In this document: positions 54,101 to 64,000 of the stretch, in pieces
How positions within the stretch are numbered: position 1 is the first letter of the stretch
How the letters are laid out: every line of letters begins with the position of its first letter
NCBI GenBank assembly: GCA_002633005.1
Contig: NMRA01000161.1
Location: 65,712 to 129,711, forward strand
Length of the DNA: 64,000 nt
From: Phoronis australis
Lineage: Eukaryota; Animalia; Phoronida
Reading direction: 5' to 3'
Notes under the pieces: model-generated
Database searches by the model: none
Seen by the model: the letters and a program-made list of their open reading frames with translations, nothing else
Told to the model about the DNA's origin: nothing
Program-made: the position numbers and the translations under genes

Positions 54101-57100
54101 TTCTTATTCTATCACGTGCTAATTCACCACTGGAGTCCCACATGAGTGATGAAAGCAGGTTTCAAATAAAAACTTTGTCTGTCACGGATAGGATATTATG
54201 GTTCGTGATGAGTTGCAGCGTAAATTGCCAAAAGCGTATGTCACGCCTTTTCGTAAAGTACACTTTTCTGAGGAATTTTCAAATTTTGCTCGAAATATTT
54301 GAGGAATGTCGAGGTTTGCAGAGCATTATTTTAGATGGTTACAGGATGAGAACGACGTTTTTTAATATCTGTTAATAGGCCAAAACCGGGTTTGGCACCC
54401 CTTTAAGTTTTTCTTAGCCGTTCTTGAAAAGTTCCTTCAGTAATCGCATTTCAGTAAACTTCGTGATTGACGTGTTACGTGCGCCGTTGACAATACTTTT
54501 GTTTCAGATGGCGAATGGTCTCGCTGGTCTGAATGGAATAGGTGCAATGTTACTTGCGGTCCCGGTGTTCGTTCTCGCCGTAGATGGTGTGACGATCCCA
54601 CGCCATCGGACCAGGGTGCCGATTGTGAGGGGCCGCCACTTGAAACTCGACAATGTGCCAGCAATGTATGTCCGGGTAAGTCTGGAAATTTGATGGTGTT
54701 TCTAACCAACTGCCTGCAATAATAGCCAGATAACAATGCAAATAGAATGTTTCTTTTTTGTCATTTTCATGCGTGAAGTCGATAAGTTTTCTGGATTTTG
54801 CGATATACATGTAAGTAGATTTAGCGATTGTGCTCGATATTCACATTCGTTCACAATGAAGTTACTGTGTTTATTGTCATGTTGTTACCATCGCACTCAT
54901 TTCATTATTTTTAGGCGACAATACAATTGGTGACGAAGTCGATGAAGATGGTACGTATAGAACTTCTAAAAATCCGAACTCTTCTAATAAGATCTGTCTG
55001 GAGGTCAATGCTCGAGTTTATTGGCAAGTGTCTTAATATTTCAAATTTTAAAAGTTGCAGTTGTACACTTTTCCTGATAATAACTGAGTTTATCATTGTA
55101 CCTATCATGATTTTGAAAATCACTTTCGACTCAGAGGGATGGGCGACGTGGCTTGAGTGGTCAGCTTGCGTAGACACATGTGGCACAAGTCACCGTTACC
55201 GAACAAGGGAGTGCCTCAATCTCCAGGCGCAAGATGGCGCGGAGATGTGCGCCGGTAGCAGTCTGGACTACAACATTTGTCAATTAGAACAATGTCCTAA
55301 AGGTAAGCTTCATTCTATTTAGGGTTTATATTTGGATGACCAAGAAATACTGCAGCTCCACACTCGTTATTTACCCACGATGCAATATTATGTCACAGGG
55401 AAACATGCTAGTGACTACCTCGTGCATTAATTATTTTGTATTTAGTTATTGTAATGCAAGGAAATTTGTAACACTACATTTTGAGTTGCAATACTGGCAC
55501 CGCGAAATATGCAAAAAGGCAAATATCAAAGCTGTATGCTCAATGTACTGTTCATCCTCTGTTGCCCTATATGCGCGTGTTTAAGCCCATGCGCCTGTAG
55601 TCGGAGCTGTGCCAATATCAGCAATTAGACACGCCTATTGGCGAATCATTTGGCTGGAACCATGCTTGAAAATGATGCTTCCGATTTAGGCGCATCTCAG
55701 TTATTTCTTTAAAGTATTCGCAGTTATTTGGCTCTATGAATTTGCTTGTTTATAGTAGATAGCCTTTTCAGTTAAGTTCACCATATTGCCACACGCTCAC
55801 TTAAAATAATGTGCAAAAAGAGTACAAACTACATGTATTACAAGTGTAAAACATGTAGCATGTATGCAGTGTAAAGGAATGAATAAATACAATCATATAA
55901 AAAGAAATGAAAAATACCGTAAAAAGAAATAAGCTATAAAGCAAGATGTTGGAAAGGTAAAGTGAAATACACAATCTTTTGGCAAATCAATTAAAAAGAA
56001 ATAAATAGTAATGCAAGTATATTGAAATATAAAACTAATTGAACCGTGACAAAGGTATAATGCAGATATAAACGATTAAAGTCTGATTAAAAACAACCGT
56101 TTATACAACTGAGAAGGAGAACAATATCGCACATTTATCAATAAGCAATTAATGCTTATTTTCTTCCATCTACCTGCCAGATGAGTTACCTTGTGGTATG
56201 AAAATCAACCATGTCTGTTACTTGATGTGGACAAATTGAGTCGGGTTCCGTATTCGAAATCGAACTCGAAACTACGTTTGACATTTGTCGTCCCCCGTCT
56301 GTGTTTTTCTCTGCCCAATTATGCTGTGGCTCACCTGGGTGACTCCTGACTTCAACAGGATTGCCAAAGTGCTAACGCTATACGGGTGTTGAATGAGTAC
56401 GTGTATGGCACTAATGTGACGTCATTCGGACACCCAAAAAGGAATAAAAATGAACAGAAATTCCAATTGTCAAAAATGTGCAGATCTTGGGTAGTTTTCC
56501 CATTCAGTTAACCACGGGGACATTTTGGTTTTGAAACTTACAAAATCATTTGTTTCTATTGATTGGTGGGCGCCAAAAATGACTGCACCTATTGTATGCT
56601 CCCGTAAAGTTGAGAAGGGCCAAGCTTGGACTAGTCCATAGCCTGGTAAGTCTTGTCAATTTGCTTGATAATTTAAAGCGCAATACACAATATACATGTA
56701 TGTCTTAATTATTATAATTGTTATTTTTAATTTAGGAATTTTTATTTCATTTTTGACTGGGTCCAAAACGTCAAATGACGTCATACTAAACAATGCTATA
56801 GGGGTCATCAAATTCGAACTTGGGCCTACTAGACACTCACCAGCTAAATTATAACAACTCGAGAAGTAAAATAGCAGAACTTGCATAAAAAGGAAACGGA
56901 AAGTGTCAAAAACTAGTTCAATTTCGCGTACAAAGAATAGAACCCTGGTCCAGAAGTTTCGGAGCCTTCTGAACCTTTCTGCTGGGAAATTGGAGGTGTT
57001 CGTAATAAATTGTTGAAGGCATGGGATTTGCATCTCATCGGGAATTATCGGTGGTAACCAGCTAATGACAAACTTGGTGACTACCGGTACAAGAACTTGT

Positions 57101-60100
57101 GGATCAAACGACGCTTCGGAAATAATTTGTTTAAGGATTTTAGCTTAAATTTTTTACAAACTTCATGAAACGAAGTTTAACGCAAGTTAATTTAATCGAA
57201 GCTTAAGCCCAAATAATGCCCATTCAACACAACTCCAGATTTCTCAAACTTAACTGAATTTAATGTGATTTTTTGCTTTATTTATAATTTTGGTGATGCA
57301 CCACCACCACCGCTGCCGCCTTAGAATGTGACAAATGAATCATGTATTGTGATGAACCCCCAGCTATCGGCATTCGTAATGAGATTCCCGCGGAGCACTG
57401 CCCCTTTCAACAAATAGAAATAAGAAATGATAGCAAAATAAGGCAAACAGAAACAGTGCTGATAGTTATATTTTAGTGATTATCTCTCGACTGTTCTAAC
57501 TTGGTGAAAGTAAAGAAAAGAATATCTTTAATGTCGTAATAAAACGTCGCATAACTGAGGGTTGTGTTTGAAAAAAAAATTAGGCGCCGCCGTTTCCCTC
57601 CTGCAGAAGATGGCCGATGGTCCTCCTGGACCGCGTGGACTAACTGCAACGCCACCTGCGGTGCAGCATCACGATGGAGACGTCGGCAGTGCAACCTTCC
57701 AGAGCCAAGTAACGGCGGGAAACCGTGTGATGGAAATGCTGTTGATAATCGGAAATGCGACAACATTGACTGTCCATTAGGTAAATAAAGGATGGGTGTT
57801 ACGGCGCCAATTCATGTAGAGTGCATATGCGTAAAGATGCAATTTGCATGAGTCATAAGTCTATATTATTATTATTGCTGTTTTTGTTTTTGTTGCTGTT
57901 GTTGTTATGATGCTTCTAATTCCCCCATATGTACGTAAATGTAATTCGTGGCATTGCGTTTTGCTTCCGGCAACGAATTTTGTGATCAGCCGATTAACGC
58001 TTTCACCAGTAAGCCTACTGTACATACATGTAATCAAGCACTTTGATTGAACCCAGTCTTGACTGTTACACATAACTGTGCCCAATATTCTGACAATTTC
58101 CAAGCAAAATAAATGATCGATTAGGGCTAAAACTAAAAGACAAGGCACTAAAAAAGTGACTGGCAAATTGTAGAGATTGCGCAAAAAGGATCACTTGTAT
58201 ACATGTACATGTATATGTGCGTTTGTGCACAAGCGCAATAGAGATGATCCCTTCTGCCTTGCCCTAGTTTCGCGTTTAGACATGTGGTTAATCCCGAGCA
58301 AGATAATAGGGCGCAACTCGCTCCACCTCACAAACGGGTGACAAAAGTTGTCACCGTGGTGTCAACTTGCTCCTTGTCAGATTTATTGACATACCTACTC
58401 GCACCCGATCATTTCATTCCGTGTCGGGTACTCCGTGTCAACTTTTATAGTGTAAACTGGGCTTAAGTTGATTACCCATTATTATCTTTCGCCGAAGTAC
58501 TGGTGGGGATGTCTTTTTATTCTATTGAGTGACTTCGCGTTTGCTCTAAACATTCTTTCATTACTGAGATGTCCCTCTTTGAATATCGCCGATAAGCAGA
58601 ACTTAGCAAAAATTGTAAGCATAAGACTTGACATATTTCATGTTAGCTTGTTTGGTTTGCTTAGAAGTTCATGGTAGCCTGTGCAGTGACAGTTAAATTG
58701 GGCTGTACTCCCCATTTTTGGATATGTTTTGAAAATGTACCAGTGCATTCATCTGCAGCCACAGCTTTGAAACATTGGGTGACTAAAATAGTCTCGTAAA
58801 CATAGTCACCTTGCTCGATGTTTGTAGAATATGGATTTACGATGATTACACAGAAAACGTCTGTCAAAAACCTGTCAGTAATTGAGTGCCATATTAGGAC
58901 ATGAAAGACATTTACCGGTAATTACTTAAACATTTTTGTAAATTGATGGAACGGCGTTGTCGGGTTCTTTGAAATATTACAGCGTTGGATGATTTACAGA
59001 GGATTTGAGTCTGTTCGTTGTGATCGTTGAAAAAACAAACATTGAACAAAGTTAGGTTGGTCACGATATTGATGTTGCACAACTTCAGTATCTATCACAT
59101 CGTTTTACTTTTGTCTCTACCTGCTTGTTACCGTGTTTTTTTAATTATTTCGATATTTACCATATGTTTTTTTCAGACACTGACCCAGAGGAACCCGTCA
59201 GTAAGTTGTTTTGTTCAATACCCATGTTTCGTCGTCATGGAGAAAGACAAATACTGTACATGCACCTAGTATATATCTAGACTGTAGTCCATGCACATCA
59301 GTCAAGCTGAATTTTGAATTTCATGACATACAGTAGCCCAAGTGCCTGTTCCAAGAAACTGACTTAAGTTCATTTTTGACTTAAGTTTAAAATTTGTCTT
59401 AACTTCCAAACTTTAAAACTTCCACATTCGGTAAGTTAGTCAAAATTAAGACAAACTTATGTCAAATATTGAAGTCAAACTTAATATCTCTTTCTTGAAT
59501 TGGTTTTGAGACAAATTTAATTCTTATTTTAAAATTTACTAAAATTTAAGATTTGTTTTACCTAAGTCAGTTTTGTTGAGTATGGAGACAGGACAAAACA
59601 AATTTCTAAATCCAGAACCCGTCCGGCAGTTATTTGTTAAACGCGAAATCAAAGAACACTTAAAATATTAGACTGGCTGTGGTTGCATCACTTTAAACAT
59701 TCAGGTGGGGAAAGAAAATATGCGATTGAATTGATGCAACTTGATTTCTGAAGAGCTCGCCAGCACTGTGGCTTTTTGTTTTTACGAGCCGAGGCTCGTT
59801 TGCTGCATGAAGGTCGAAGAAAGGTGAGAAGCATCTGCGAATATATTTATCGATGAAGCCGGACATTTTATATCGAAATTGGAAAACACACTGGCAGCAC
59901 ATGCACGCCTTGACAGTACCACTTTTTATGCAGACGGCTCTTGGTCAACGTGGTCGGAATGGGGGGCGTGCAACGTCCTGTGCGGATTTGGATTCCACCT
60001 GCGCAAGCGTACATGTGACAATCCACCGCCAATGTACGATGGATCGAAGTGCCGTGGACCGGAAGTGGACAGGCGATACTGCGAAAGAGGCCCGTGCCCA

Positions 60101-60101
60101 G
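14929..60101 (+). CDS. Multi-exon gene for a large extracellular WSC + poly-TSR protein (coadhesin/hemicentin-like TSR tract); ends unresolved
   Basis: About 32 in-frame 168-201 nt exons with AG/GT ends, all phase 1-1, each one TSR (WxxWxxW..CxxTC..RxRxC); upstream WSC exon also ends in phase 1. That they form a single transcript is inferred. Confidence 0.85.
16369..16551 (+). CDS. TSR exon 1
   Basis: [21 protein letters not shown]..; 183 nt, AG/GT. Confidence 0.9.
17363..20207. mobile_element. PHIS-superfamily (ISL2EU-like) transposon relic in intron
   Basis: TIRs GGGTCTATTCGGAGAATTC / GAATTTTCCGAATAGCCCC, ATT on both flanks; + strand THAP ([19 protein letters not shown]..; second exon RKRLKPDA at ~18331); - strand YqaJ-like [19 protein letters not shown] at ~19040-19200. 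Confidence 0.72.
21202..21372 (+). CDS. TSR exon 2
   Basis: [21 protein letters not shown]..; 171 nt. Confidence 0.92.
21727..21897 (+). CDS. TSR exon 3
   Basis: [29 protein letters not shown]..; 171 nt. Confidence 0.92.
22283..22456 (+). CDS. TSR exon 4
   Basis: [21 protein letters not shown]..; 174 nt. Confidence 0.92.
22648..22821 (+). CDS. TSR exon, type A
   Basis: [31 protein letters not shown]; 174 nt. Confidence 0.92.
24105..24278 (+). CDS. TSR exon, type B
   Basis: [29 protein letters not shown]..; 174 nt. Confidence 0.92.
25703..27575. repeat. Near-identical tandem duplication joined at an N (probable assembly artefact)
   Basis: 25703-26366 recurs from 26368; second copy has ~540 extra bp. 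Confidence 0.8.
27606..27779 (+). CDS. TSR exon, type A
   Basis: [21 protein letters not shown]..; 174 nt. Confidence 0.9.
28093..28266 (+). CDS. TSR exon, type B
   Basis: [18 protein letters not shown]..; 174 nt. Confidence 0.88.
28560..28860 (+). mobile_element. LINE (CR1/L2 group) RT C-terminal relic; second copy ~29720-30030
   Basis: [22 protein letters not shown] motif. Confidence 0.6.
29247..29420 (+). CDS. TSR exon, type B
   Basis: [18 protein letters not shown]..; 174 nt; duplicate of previous exon plus intron. Confidence 0.88.
30441..30587 (+). pseudogene. Dead type-A TSR pseudo-exon
   Basis: Acceptor CCAG>CCAA, in-frame TAG and TGA, 27-nt deletion. Confidence 0.9.
30928..31101 (+). 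CDS. TSR exon, type B
   Basis: [18 protein letters not shown]..; 174 nt. Confidence 0.9.
31962..32135 (+). CDS. TSR exon, type A
   Basis: [21 protein letters not shown]..; 174 nt. Confidence 0.9.
33358..33531 (+). CDS. TSR exon, type B
   Basis: [29 protein letters not shown]..; 174 nt. Confidence 0.9.
33807..33979 (+). pseudogene. Dead type-A TSR pseudo-exon
   Basis: Acceptor AG>AA, 1-nt deletion (173 nt), Cys losses. Confidence 0.9.
34224..34397 (+). CDS. TSR exon, type B
   Basis: [18 protein letters not shown]..; 174 nt. Confidence 0.85.
34674..34847 (+). pseudogene. Degenerate but open type-A TSR exon
   Basis: No stop, but third Trp and a conserved Cys are lost ([10 protein letters not shown]); weak A|GTACTA donor. 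Confidence 0.6.
35092..35265 (+). CDS. TSR exon, type B
   Basis: [18 protein letters not shown]..; 174 nt. Confidence 0.85.
35541..35714 (+). pseudogene. Type-A pseudo-exon with premature stop
   Basis: TGG>TAG at third Trp; AG/GT retained. Confidence 0.88.
35959..36132 (+). CDS. TSR exon, type B
   Basis: [18 protein letters not shown]..; 174 nt. Confidence 0.85.
36408..36581 (+). pseudogene. Type-A pseudo-exon with premature stop
   Basis: CGA>TGA in frame, last Cys lost; AG/GT retained. Confidence 0.88.
36826..36999 (+). CDS. TSR exon, type B
   Basis: [18 protein letters not shown]..; 174 nt. Confidence 0.85.
37256..37453 (+). CDS. TSR exon, type A, with shifted donor
   Basis: Intact TSR; usual donor GT>TT at 37430, but an in-frame phase-1 CAG|GTGATT lies 24 nt downstream. 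Confidence 0.6.
37674..37847 (+). CDS. TSR exon, type B
   Basis: [18 protein letters not shown]..; 174 nt. Confidence 0.88.
38122..38295 (+). CDS. TSR exon, type A
   Basis: [21 protein letters not shown]..; all 6 Cys; A|GTGCGA donor. Confidence 0.78.
38504..38677 (+). CDS. TSR exon, type B
   Basis: 172/174 identical to 24105-24278. Confidence 0.9.
39402..39506 (+). pseudogene. 5'-truncated type-B pseudo-exon
   Basis: [19 protein letters not shown] then frameshift; first half missing. Confidence 0.8.
40248..40421 (+). CDS. TSR exon, type A
   Basis: [21 protein letters not shown]..; 174 nt. Confidence 0.9.
40590..40830 (+). mobile_element. tRNA-derived SINE-like fragment
   Basis: B box GGTTCGAGTCCC at 40646 after a degenerate A box; 3' end approximate. 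Confidence 0.55.
40931..41104 (+). CDS. TSR exon, type B
   Basis: [21 protein letters not shown]..; 174 nt. Confidence 0.9.
41697..41850 (+). pseudogene. Old type-B pseudo-exon
   Basis: gtgacgtcatctgtggcaacgga..tgtgacaacctggcaccgaagtttggc resembles B exons; indels, stop, no splice sites. Confidence 0.7.
43089..43271 (+). CDS. TSR exon
   Basis: [33 protein letters not shown]..; 183 nt. Confidence 0.85.
44284..44463 (+). CDS. TSR exon
   Basis: [26 protein letters not shown]..; 180 nt. Confidence 0.87.
45847..45905 (+). pseudogene. Fragment of type-C pseudo-exon
   Basis: tttctgtatatgaagcctggtctgctaggggatctcggtcaacc aligns with the start of the 48690 exon. Confidence 0.5.
46580..47170. repeat. 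Diverged ~250-bp tandem repeat (~2.5 units)
   Basis: GATCT.AATG..GTTAACC.TTCAAA.TACAG at ~46599, 46847, 47091. Confidence 0.7.
47662..47908. mobile_element. Same MITE family
   Basis: TIRs; perfect TSD CTCTG. Confidence 0.82.
48310..48540. repeat. 33-bp minisatellite (second cluster ~49625-49835)
   Basis: Unit GTTAGTGAAATAYCCGGTATYGCTTTACTTGTK. Confidence 0.85.
48690..48860 (+). CDS. TSR exon, type C
   Basis: [28 protein letters not shown]..; 171 nt. Confidence 0.9.
50053..50297. mobile_element. Small MITE
   Basis: GGTCTGTTTCA..TGAAACAGACC TIR. Confidence 0.55.
50521..50694 (+). CDS. TSR exon, type C
   Basis: [29 protein letters not shown]..; 174 nt. Confidence 0.9.
51794..52381. mobile_element. 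hAT-like non-autonomous element containing a tRNA-like segment
   Basis: CAGTGTCGGATCTAGG..CCTAAATCAGCCTATG, TTTTA on both sides; minus-strand A/B boxes at ~52038-52106. Confidence 0.6.
52683..52883 (+). CDS. TSR exon, type C (alternative in-frame acceptor at 52710)
   Basis: [27 protein letters not shown]..; both acceptors are phase 1. Confidence 0.85.
54508..54675 (+). CDS. TSR exon
   Basis: [28 protein letters not shown]..; 168 nt. Confidence 0.9.
54915..54950 (+). CDS. 36-nt acidic linker microexon ([12 protein letters not shown])
   Basis: ttattttag| acceptor, G|gtacgt donor, phase 1-1. Confidence 0.7.
55135..55302 (+). CDS. TSR exon
   Basis: [27 protein letters not shown]..; 168 nt. 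Confidence 0.88.
57607..57780 (+). CDS. TSR exon
   Basis: [19 protein letters not shown]..; 174 nt. Confidence 0.9.
   Translation, partial: KMADGPPGPRGLTATPPAVQHHDGDVGSATFQSQVTAGNRVMEMLLIIGNATTLTVH
59177..59200 (+). CDS. 24-nt linker microexon (DTDPEEPV)
   Basis: tttttttcag| acceptor, A|gtaagt donor; gives V-N-G-S-W when joined to the next exon. Confidence 0.72.
59342..59580. mobile_element. Palindromic MITE, family of 2079-2307
   Basis: Reverse-complement match to 2079-2307. Confidence 0.7.
59934..60101 (+). CDS. TSR exon
   Basis: [19 protein letters not shown]..; 168 nt. Confidence 0.9.
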
Positions 60102-60975
60102 GTGTGTAGTTCACAGTTAATTCATTGTCAACGAACCCCTAGGAGAGGCCTATCTAAAAATCGGTGTCGATAGGGACGTGATTAAGATCTATGCAGGTAT
60201 GTTAGCAAGGAGTTTACTTCGATAGAAGTGTTTATCGGTTAATTTACTGTTATCACTACTACTAGCGCCTCCAAGTAGCGAACAAGCAATGATAAAGTAC
60301 GAAGCGTAGGGAAGGGCGCGTTTTGCATCGCAATGAATTGCACAGATTCCTCCACGAAAATATAAATTGTCTTGCATTTTGTGTGTGAAAATGTCAACAT
60401 GTAAATCACCCGAACGATCACAGGGATAATTTTGGAAAATCATACCCATGGCCATGGGTCAATATGACCGATGAAGGCCACAGTCACAGCCAAAGGACCT
60501 CAACTCTATCTGAGAGTCAGATTAAAGAATCGATGGGTCTCGCTGAAAAAATCAACATAGTTTTAGTGTTCCAAATTATGCAACCCCAGAGCTTCAATGA
60601 AAACTTCTCTAAGTCAATGATGCGGGGCGCGGCCCTGACAATTTTCCCGGGATCGACACTTGTAATGAAAAGTTGGAAAATACCCAGGATGGTACTGACT
60701 TAACCACAGGGGAATGGCCACCGGCCATTACAAAAGGTCCTTGGGGCATGCACAAAACGAGGGTCAAATCAGTCTTATCATTAGATAAATTGAAAATGAT
60801 ATACACAGGTTACGAACATTAGAGTCGCTTCTAATAGTGTTTGAAAAACCCACTTCGAATGAGCAGCTAACTGGAGCTCGAAGGACTTTATCATTATTTA
60901 GGTGATCTGTGCATTATGATGCACAGCAACGTGTGCATATTTATAAACAATGTATGTGTGTTTTTATCTTCAGAG

Positions 60976-61097
60976 TTGCGTATGCCAACTTCACGTGTTA
61001 TATTACATTTGTCATTTCTGATGTACGTTTCACCATAGACTATATTACATGGACCGCCAACTCCGTATACTTTCAGTGGACGAAATCTGTGATCTAA
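60976..61097 (+). CDS. Possible further exon, faintly SEA-domain-like, ends in TAA
   Basis: Pyrimidine tract and AG, then VAYANFTCYITFVISDVRFTIDYITWTANSVYFQ; resemblance by eye only. Confidence 0.25.
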
Positions 61098-62378
61098 CGC
61101 ATAAGCCATTACGTCATTATTCACTGGCTACATCTGGCTAAATTTTCTGGTGCAATTTCCGGCAAGTACGTCGTCTNNNNGTAGGCTACTGTGTGGCGGT
61201 TGTTCGGCCACACACGCGAAATGCAAAGGAATTAGCTTCCATACCATCTGAAGACCCCATAATCGGCTGTGGGAAGAAAAGCTAACTTTTTGTGTCAACG
61301 TGAATGGCAGTTTTTTTCACGAATAAGACTTTGTACATTTGTTCAAGGCACTTCGAAGATGAATGTTTTTAGGAGGCTCTGGTAGGCTTACTACTTCATC
61401 CTGTCTTTACAAATCCATTTTTCTTTTCTCCGTTTTGATGACAACTATCTGGTAAATTTTTTGACGAAAATTGTCTGCTAAATTTCTTCCAAAGGCAATA
61501 ACTCATGAACTCCTGTCCTTACGAGGAACTTCAGTTATAGTCTAGTTAGCGAATTAACCAAATTACTCTTAGCTGGCCCTGATCAGACAGTTGGTCTCAG
61601 CAGAATGCGCACATTTGGCCAGGATTTGGATCAGCGATTTCAACAAATTCACATTCGTGTACAAATAAATAGAACGCTGGTAAAACCTTTAACATCAATA
61701 AAGATTACATTAATACTTCAGAAATAACCACCTGGACCAGTCAAACTCTATCTCGCAATTCAACAGTAGGTTACACAATATATGCCGCACAAAATCTCTC
61801 TTAAAAGGGCCGTTGGTTGTAGTGTGCATGAGCCTTAGGTATAGCGTGAAATGGTTCTTAAAAGAACCGTTGAATAATTCAACATAAATCACACAGTATA
61901 CCGTGCTCACTCAAGTACTGAAGGTCCTCTTCATTCAAGGTTTCATCAGGAATGCTGGATGAAAACAGAGGAGATGACAATATCGATGACAGATAGTGCC
62001 TAACTTTTGGTTTTAGAATGTATTAATCGTGTTTAATGTATATAAATGAACTGGCCTCATTGAGATGCACAGCAAATAAATTAACTATAACACATTAAAG
62101 TTTTGAAAATATAAAGAGCAGTAACAGACTCCCTAAAAATCAGGCTTGTTTTCGGAATGTTTGCGCCATTGGTGATCTGATTGGTTCAATCGCTTGCGGC
62201 GGGAAAATGATAGACCCAGTTATTGTGCGCGTGTGCACTGTAGCAATGCTTTGTATCTTATTTTTATTTGTATAATCTGTTGATACAGTAATTTTCCTTA
62301 TTTATGCCCATCCTCATTTGACCGCGACTTGAGCTTCTTGAGTTCTACCATATTAGGGCTGTCAGAGGGATTCACGGG

Positions 62379-62559
62379 CATGCGCGCACCCGGCCTTCAA
62401 AATGGGGGGNCAAAAAAAACCCGCTGTGAATTGCGCGTTTGCGCTTATTTACTGGACTTTTGTCCCAGTTCCTCGGACATTTTGTCTCTCAGGGGCGGAC
62501 CTTTTTGCCCACTTCGCCAAATGGGGGGCTCATTCGAGCCCCCTCCGTGTGCGCGCATC
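62379..62559. mobile_element. Same MITE family
   Basis: TIRs; flanks ACGGG/ACGTG. Confidence 0.75.
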
Positions 62560-62838
62560 ACGTGGTGCTTACTCGAATGATTTTCATTTTAGCGGCTATT
62601 TCCAATTGTGTAGGTGAACTAAATTAACAAAGTGGATGATAATCATCACCGGTATTTCATCATTAGTATTTTTGTCGGGTTCTCAAGTTTTCCGAGGCTA
62701 GAGATTGTCACATCTGTAAGGTAGACGTGTTTCAGTGAACTTCCATGCTTGTGGCTTTATTTATACCTGACCAAACTTTAAAAAAGAACCCAGCTTTTAA
62801 ACCAGGAGCTGCACTGGGTGCACCTTGTGTAGACGTTT

Positions 62839-62994
62839 CATGCGCGCACCCAGCCTCTAATTTCGGGGGGCTCCGATCTCTAGCAAAGTGGACCTTTTGC
62901 TAACAAAAAAGCGTGAGAACTAAAATAAAAAAACGGGATACTGTGGTGGACTTTCGTCTGTTTCTCTCGAACTTTTCCCCTGGGTGCGCGCATG
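62839..62994. mobile_element. Same MITE family
   Basis: 15-bp perfect TIR CATGCGCGCACCCAG; TSD CGTTT. Confidence 0.82.
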
Positions 62995-64000
62995 CGTTTG
63001 TCTGCGTTGCCAGTTTTTGTAAAGGTGGGCCTGTCTGTAGCCAACTACGGTAAATTCATAAAAGGTCATGTGCTAGGTTGCGTTAGCAGAACCGATCCAA
63101 TATTTCAGAAGGACCGCACTTAGTATCCGTTACGCACGGGGCCTTTTTGTTACATTAGGAGTAGGATTGGTTCATATTATGTAGAGATGGTGTGGAACTT
63201 TCCAAAACCGTTTGAAGAATTATGTTTTTGTTATAAATGTACATTTGAAAGGCGTAAGGTTGGAAAAATACTTTTGAAATAGTGGGAATTAAGGCAGATT
63301 AAAAAAAAAAACATTTGTCTGCTTACAAAGATGTAACATTGAAGCATAAAAACAACCTTCATACCCCTTTGATATCTCTGTTCCATTATTACAAAGGAGT
63401 TGAAACTCGGGTAAGTTGGCGGTACATGTATTTCCATAGGCTGCAGCGTACTTGGCTAAGATGGTTCAGGTTTTGTGCGGCATACAGTCTACATGTACAT
63501 TAATAAATTTGTATATAACCTGCTGTTGAATTGTGAGGTAGATTTTGACTGGTCCAGGTGGTTATTTCTGAAGTGTTCTATTTATTTGCACACGAATCAG
63601 TGTGAATTTGTTCAAATCGCTGTTCCAAATCCTGGCCAAATGTGCGCATTCTGCTGAAACCAACCGTCTAATCAGGGCCAGCGAAGAGTAATTTGGTTAA
63701 TTCGCTCACTAGACTATGGCTGAAGTTCCTAGTAAGGACAAGAGTTCACGAGTCACTACCTTTGGAAGAAATTTAGCAGACAATTTTCGTCAAAAAATTT
63801 ACCAGATAGTTGTCATCAAAACGGAGAAAAGAAAAATGGATTTGTAAAGACAGGATGAAGTAGTAAGCCTACCAGAGCCTCCTAAAAACATTCATCTTCG
63901 AAGTGCCTTGAACAAATGTACAAAGTCTTATTCGTGAAAAAAACTGCCATTCACGTTGACACAAAAAGTTAGCTTTTCTTCCCACAGCCGATTATGGGGT

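Larger units (their letters stand above)
61254..64000. repeat. Long inverted repeat: ~61254-61800 vs ~63465-64000, running off the window
   Basis: Near-perfect reverse complement in the outer ~300 bp, with more mismatches inward. Confidence 0.9.

Noticed and set aside
14929-60101. Gene symbol HMCN1, SSPO or ADAMTS
   Set aside because: None of their other diagnostic domains is visible; TSR repeats alone do not establish orthology
21188-60114. Many minus-strand ORFs over TSR exons
   Set aside because: Antisense shadows of GC-richer coding exons

Overview
Animal genomic DNA: AT-rich, GT-AG introns, N gaps, many DNA transposons. It looks like a marine invertebrate (inference). The window is dominated by one + strand multi-exon gene (about 14.9-60.1 kb, ends unresolved). 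The gene has a partial WSC-domain exon, then about 32 open thrombospondin type-1 (TSR) exons, one domain per symmetric phase 1-1 exon. It also has two acidic linker microexons and about 7 dead TSR pseudo-exons. The core (22.6-41.9 kb) is an alternating A/B TSR exon array with a ~867-bp tandem unit. In the array, B exons stay intact, A exons decay, and paralogous exons differ mostly at non-synonymous sites while their introns are far more diverged. Transposon content: two inverted Kolobok-like elements, an ISL2EU/PHIS-like THAP+YqaJ relic, a TA-flanked foldback element, MITEs with 5-bp TSDs, LINE/SINE relics and a long inverted repeat at the right edge. No prokaryotic features or true CRISPR array. 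All alignments and translations were done by eye.
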